Origin: Bdellovibrio sp.
GTDB lineage: Bacteria; Bdellovibrionota; Bdellovibrionia; Bdellovibrionales; Bdellovibrionaceae
Length of the DNA stretch: 64,000 nucleotides
Direction: 5' to 3'
Assembly: GCA_036677065.1 (NCBI GenBank)
Contig: JAKFBS010000001.1
Span: 416,001 to 480,000 of the forward strand
Below, piece by piece: positions 60,400 to 64,000 of the stretch. Position 1 is the first letter of the stretch, and every line of letters begins with the position of its first letter. The notes below the pieces were generated by a model. The model was not told the origin of the DNA. It saw nothing but the letters and a program-made list of their open reading frames with translations, and ran no database searches. The position numbers were made by a program, and so were the translations under genes.

Positions 60400-60906
60400 C
60401 TAAGTAACTCTATCTAAAATAAAGAGACCGCGCTTGAAATTGTTTTCGACAATTTTGTATTCAGATTTTAAATGATATTGATTTAATAGCGAAGAATTTT
60501 TAATCAATTCAAGTAGGTTCATTTCGTCTCTGTGAGGACCAAGAATAAGACGATCTGCATTTAGAAAATTATTTTTTGCTAAACCGTCTAATATCTTAAA
60601 AATAGCTGAGCCGCCAACTCCGGTAATACAAACGGTTCCGGTTACGTTTGTATGAATATCTTGTCCGGCGGTGCCGATGAAACTGGTTTTCACTGCAGAA
60701 TCAGTTTTAAAAATGGATTTGTGGAATTGGATTTTTAATCTATCTATTATCTCTGGAACGCGATCAACAAAGTAAATATGGGTAAAGTTCGCATTTTTGT
60801 AGGCTGCTATTCCGAGATAGCCATGATCGCAGCAAATATCCCAGACGTCTTTTTCTGGAAGCAGGTTTTCATATACAATTGTTAAGCGCTCGGATAGTTT
60901 AATCAT
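60400..60906 (-). CDS. trmK: TrmK-like tRNA (adenine22-N1) methyltransferase
   Basis: KLSERL…WDICCDHGYLG…ITGVGG…LILGP. Confidence 0.75.
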   Translation of the reverse strand: MIKLSERLTIVYENLLPEKDVWDICCDHGYLGIAAYKNANFTHIYFVDRVPEIIDRLKIQFHKSIFKTDSAVKTSFIGTAGQDIHTNVTGTVCITGVGGSAIFKILDGLAKNNFLNADRLILGPHRDEMNLLELIKNSSLLNQYHLKSEYKIVENNFKRGLFILDRVT

Positions 60907-60973
60907 ATGATTTTGCCATCCTATTAGAGCGCGTTGTTATTGGCAATCAACACCTGAGGTAAGATTTATTAGT

Positions 60974-61180
60974 ATGGAATACATCAGCGATTTTTTTTAT
61001 AATGTGGTTTACTTTTATTTAGGCAAAGCGATTTTTGGTAAGAAATTTGTTGAAGACCGCAGTAACATCCCAATTTGGCAACGCTTCGCTGTCGGGCTAT
61101 TGTGCTTGATTGCTGCAGTAGCAGTTGTTATCGGATTTGTAGAGCTATACCAAGTTATAAAAAAGGCTTATACTTCTTAA
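60974..61180 (+). CDS. Small membrane protein
   Basis: 68 aa with one TM; stop abuts the next ATG. Confidence 0.55.
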   Translation: MEYISDFFYNVVYFYLGKAIFGKKFVEDRSNIPIWQRFAVGLLCLIAAVAVVIGFVELYQVIKKAYTS

Positions 61181-63124
61181 ATGCTACATATAGACAACTT
61201 ATTATCAGAATCATACGCCGACAGAGAGTATTCCGATCAAGTTCAGTGGTTGGTTAATATTTTTACGTGGCTAAGATTGCCACGTGATGTTGAAAATCTA
61301 AAAATAGCCAGAGAACGTGTTTATTCGGTTCGAATTAAACATTTACTGCTTTTATTATCACGTAATCCGGAATGGCAAAGAAATTTTGTTTCAACTGTAA
61401 CTGCTATCATGCAGACGATGTCGTCGGTAAGCATATTCACTGATGTAGGGATGTCTTCGAACTTTAGTTTTATTCAGGATTTTATTCGCCGTCTTGAAGA
61501 AAAGATTCTTCCTCAAAGCGCATTGACTGAAAATCTATCAAGCTTACTTTTGGAAGTTTTTCCGGATGAAGATGAAAGTCTTCTTGTTGATGGAATCGAT
61601 GAAGAAGTTTTTGCAGCCCTCTTGGCCTTGTTTGAAAATGAAGGGCGTTTAGTTGGCCAGCTTCGAGATAATATTTTCTTATCTTTGCATGTTCTGACGA
61701 CCCAGTTGTTGTCGAATGCTTTTTCTGTGCAAAGAGAAATCGAAGGAGCTATCAAAGAAAGTAAAAGCTTACCTGAGGCCAAGCTGCAGGAGTTAGTAAC
61801 ACAGAATAAGGTTGCAACAGTGCAGTCCAATTTGCCAGAGATGTTTGCTTGCCTCGGCGCCAGCGAAAAGTTACAGGTGAACTACTACAATTTAATGCAG
61901 GATAAAGGTATTAAAGTTGATTGCGTTTATCTTCTTGAGTCTCAGAGACGCAGAATCGATAGGATCAGAATTTTATTGAACCTTCTCAACACCACACAGC
62001 CGGTGGCTAAGTCAGTGCGGTTATTTATTTCGACGCTGATTTTAGATATTCATCATCAAAAAAGTTTACGATCTTTTTTTTCAGAAAATATGAATCTTTT
62101 AACTCAAAGAATTGTCAGCCGCAATTCTGATGTAGGTGAACATTACGTCACGACAACGTGGAGTGAGTTCAGAAAAATGTACAATTCAGCCGTAGGTGGC
62201 GGGGCTGTTACGTCGGCGACTGTTTATTTAAAATTGGTTATTTCTTCGATTGGTGTTGCGGGATTTGCTAAAGGCTTACTAGATAGCCTGAATTATTCAT
62301 TCAGTTTTCTTTTTATTCAAAGTCTTGGATGTACGCTGGCGACAAAACAGCCGTCTGCAACGGCGCCTTACTTAGCGCAATCACTTAAGCAATCGGTGTT
62401 AGAATCGCGAAAGGCTGTCATTGCCATTCTGCGTACACAGTTTATTTCTGTTCTTGGAAATTTAACTTTGGTTTTTCCGATTTGCTTTTTTGTATCCTGG
62501 ATTTTTATGTATTTCGGAAGCCCGATCATGTCGGTTGCAGAGGGTATTGCCGCAGTAAGTTCTACAGATATTCTGGGGCCGTCTCCTCTTTTTGCGATTT
62601 TTACTGGTTTTCTTTTATTTATATCAAGTTTAATAGCCGGCTGGGTTGATAACTGGATGGCGATTCATAATGTTCCGGAAAGAGTAGCCAATCATCAGGG
62701 TATGCTTAGCTTTCTGGGAAAAGTCAGAACTAAAAAATTTTCGTTGGTTTTGAAAAATAGTGCAAATCCCTACGCAGCCAGTATCAGTCTTGGTTTTTTG
62801 CTGGGCTTAGCTCCGCAGTTTATTAAATTTATGGGTCTGCCATTAGAGGCCCGGCATATCACTTTATCGACAGGAAATTTCGCCGCGGGTCTTCCTGTGG
62901 TGTTAGATCAGCTCGATGGATTTGCGCTTGTAAATTCTTTATCTGGCTTGCTATTAATTGGCATCCTGAATATTGGTGTTAGTTTTGGATTGGCACTTAT
63001 GCTGGCGGCGATTTCGTCAAAAGTTAGAATCTCACTTTTGATTAATTTACTTAAGTGGGCGATAAAACTTATTATCATTAAGCCATGGCTGTTAATCGTT
63101 CCGGAAAAGCCTGATGGGCAGTAG
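61181..63124 (+). CDS. Multi-pass membrane protein of the family usually annotated 'site-specific recombinase' (Gcr-like)
   Basis: GEHYVT, AVGGG, LNYS, TLATKQP, ILRTQFISVLGN, LEARHITLSTG, LNIGVSF; no Tyr or Ser recombinase motifs. Confidence 0.75.
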   Translation: MLHIDNLLSESYADREYSDQVQWLVNIFTWLRLPRDVENLKIARERVYSVRIKHLLLLLSRNPEWQRNFVSTVTAIMQTMSSVSIFTDVGMSSNFSFIQDFIRRLEEKILPQSALTENLSSLLLEVFPDEDESLLVDGIDEEVFAALLALFENEGRLVGQLRDNIFLSLHVLTTQLLSNAFSVQREIEGAIKESKSLPEAKLQELVTQNKVATVQSNLPEMFACLGASEKLQVNYYNLMQDKGIKVDCVYLLESQRRRIDRIRILLNLLNTTQPVAKSVRLFISTLILDIHHQKSLRSFFSENMNLLTQRIVSRNSDVGEHYVTTTWSEFRKMYNSAVGGGAVTSATVYLKLVISSIGVAGFAKGLLDSLNYSFSFLFIQSLGCTLATKQPSATAPYLAQSLKQSVLESRKAVIAILRTQFISVLGNLTLVFPICFFVSWIFMYFGSPIMSVAEGIAAVSSTDILGPSPLFAIFTGFLLFISSLIAGWVDNWMAIHNVPERVANHQGMLSFLGKVRTKKFSLVLKNSANPYAASISLGFLLGLAPQFIKFMGLPLEARHITLSTGNFAAGLPVVLDQLDGFALVNSLSGLLLIGILNIGVSFGLALMLAAISSKVRISLLINLLKWAIKLIIIKPWLLIVPEKPDGQ

Positions 63125-63129
63125 GATTG

Positions 63130-63645
63130 TTATTGTAGATACTCTTTGCCTTTTCCCTGAAGGGCTGAAATTTGGCCTGCGCTTTCATAATCATCGAGAT
63201 GATTAACAACAGCTTTAACTCCAGGAACACGCTTTACGCATCGAATGAGTTTATCGACTTCAGCTTTAAGAATTGGTCCACTTAAAGTGACTTCTCCATT
63301 ATTTACTTCTGTTTTAATAGCTTTAGCGTGGCGAATTGTTCTTCCAAACTCTGATCTGACCCGATTCATGAGCGTTTCATCATCAGCATCTTTGTTTTCT
63401 GTCAGGTGTGTGGCCTGAGCGATGATTCCTGTTCCTCGATTTTTTAAATCTCGATAGAGTTTTCCTCCAAAGTAATTAGCTTGATTCGCGAAGTGTATCC
63501 CCTTGTCGCGAATGAGGGATCTTCGATATTTTCCGCGAGCGGGATCTAAGAAATAGGCGCATACTCCGCCCATAGCAACTCCGGCTAGAATCCATGTCCA
63601 AGGTTTTACATCTGAAAATTTTAAATTTTGTTTTTCTTGTTTCAT
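63130..63645 (-). CDS. BON-domain protein with YtxH-like N-terminal anchor
   Basis: YFLDPARGKYRRSLIRDK; DDETLMNRVRS…GEVTLSG…VPGVKAVVNHL. Confidence 0.85.
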   Translation of the reverse strand: MKQEKQNLKFSDVKPWTWILAGVAMGGVCAYFLDPARGKYRRSLIRDKGIHFANQANYFGGKLYRDLKNRGTGIIAQATHLTENKDADDETLMNRVRSEFGRTIRHAKAIKTEVNNGEVTLSGPILKAEVDKLIRCVKRVPGVKAVVNHLDDYESAGQISALQGKGKEYLQ

Positions 63646-63782
63646 TGTTTACTCTCACTTGATATTTCATCGGTATTTTGGGTGCGCTTACGAATTTCTT
63701 TTTGAACAAGTTTTTCTTTCTGGGCCTTAGTAGGATTTTCTGAATTAGCGTGTTTGGTAGAATGTCTTTTTTTCTCTTTCAT
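63642..63782 (-). CDS. Small Lys-rich ORF (46 aa), not in the ORF track
   Basis: MKEKKRHSTKHANSENPTKAQKEKLVQKEIRKRTQNTDEISSESKQ; SD AAGGA; stop overlaps the BON start (ATGA). Confidence 0.6.
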   Translation of the reverse strand: MKEKKRHSTKHANSENPTKAQKEKLVQKEIRKRTQNTDEISSESKQ

Positions 63783-63852
63783 ATTTTTCCTTAATGCCAA
63801 GATTTTTTGACGCTGCGATGTAAGTGTTACGAGCTATCATAAAAATTTATGA

Positions 63853-63868
63853 AGCAGATGGCATGCCA
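63853..63868 (-). promoter_or_regulatory. Putative sigma54 promoter
   Basis: TGGCATGCCATCTGCT. Confidence 0.75.
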
Positions 63869-63885
63869 ATATTAAATTTTGTTCG

Positions 63886-63901
63886 TGGTTTTAAAATTGC
63901 A
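63886..63901 (+). promoter_or_regulatory. Putative sigma54 promoter
   Basis: TGGTTTTAAAATTGCA. Confidence 0.65.
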
Positions 63902-63944
63902 TAACCTTGCATTTTAGTTTTTTAAAATTATTTAGGAGGTTTTT

Positions 63945-64000
63945 ATGAAGGCTCAATCAAACTTTGAGGTTCTAACGAAAAATTTTGCGAAAACGTTTGG
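63945..64000 (+). CDS. 5' end of a gene running off the window
   Basis: SD AGGAGG, ATG 63945, MKAQSNFEVLTKNFAKTF…. Confidence 0.6.
   Translation, partial: MKAQSNFEVLTKNFAKTF

Noticed and set aside
61181..63124. 'Site-specific recombinase' near a tRNA as sign of an integrated element
   Set aside because: The protein is a multi-TM family member without Tyr or Ser recombinase motifs; no duplicated tRNA 3' end or integrase was seen in the window

Overview
AT-rich, gene-dense bacterial chromosome segment, most likely Bdellovibrionota (Bdellovibrio/Pseudobdellovibrio-like). This is inferred from RxPAS-motif lipoproteins, a FecR-like/beta-barrel envelope protein, a stand-alone mreB, prkA-yeaH-spoVR, many histidine kinases, and FliA- and sigma54-type promoters. 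The core part carries fabH, mreB, lpoB, prkA-yeaH-spoVR, tadA, rpsU-yqeY-dnaG-rpoD and a tRNA(CAT). The most notable element is a ~12 kb general-stress-type island (10570-22437). It encodes a Zn-dehydrogenase, SRPBCC, YhfW-like FAD/Rieske, GSP26-like, metallothionein-like, SodC, hemerythrin, BON and ferritin-like proteins, plus small basic proteins, arranged around a hybrid kinase, an Hpt protein and an NtrC-type sigma54 activator. Reading the DNA directly, every effector transcription unit of the island has a correctly spaced sigma54 -24/-12 element (8 sites, 6 of them in back-to-back divergent pairs). Recurring GGGGMA-N3-TKCYNN palindromes are candidate activator sites, and the same promoter layout recurs at 63.85-63.90 kb. 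This suggests a sigma54-wired general stress/dormancy regulon, which is an inference and untested. Other points: a structured leader/sRNA with a terminator ahead of sodC, a possible sigma4/anti-sigma fusion next to mreB, FliA-type leaderless GTG genes, and a triplicated terminator/promoter module bracketing genes between rpoD and the tRNA. No CRISPR array, integrase, transposase or rRNA was seen. All calls come from manual motif reading; no searches were run.
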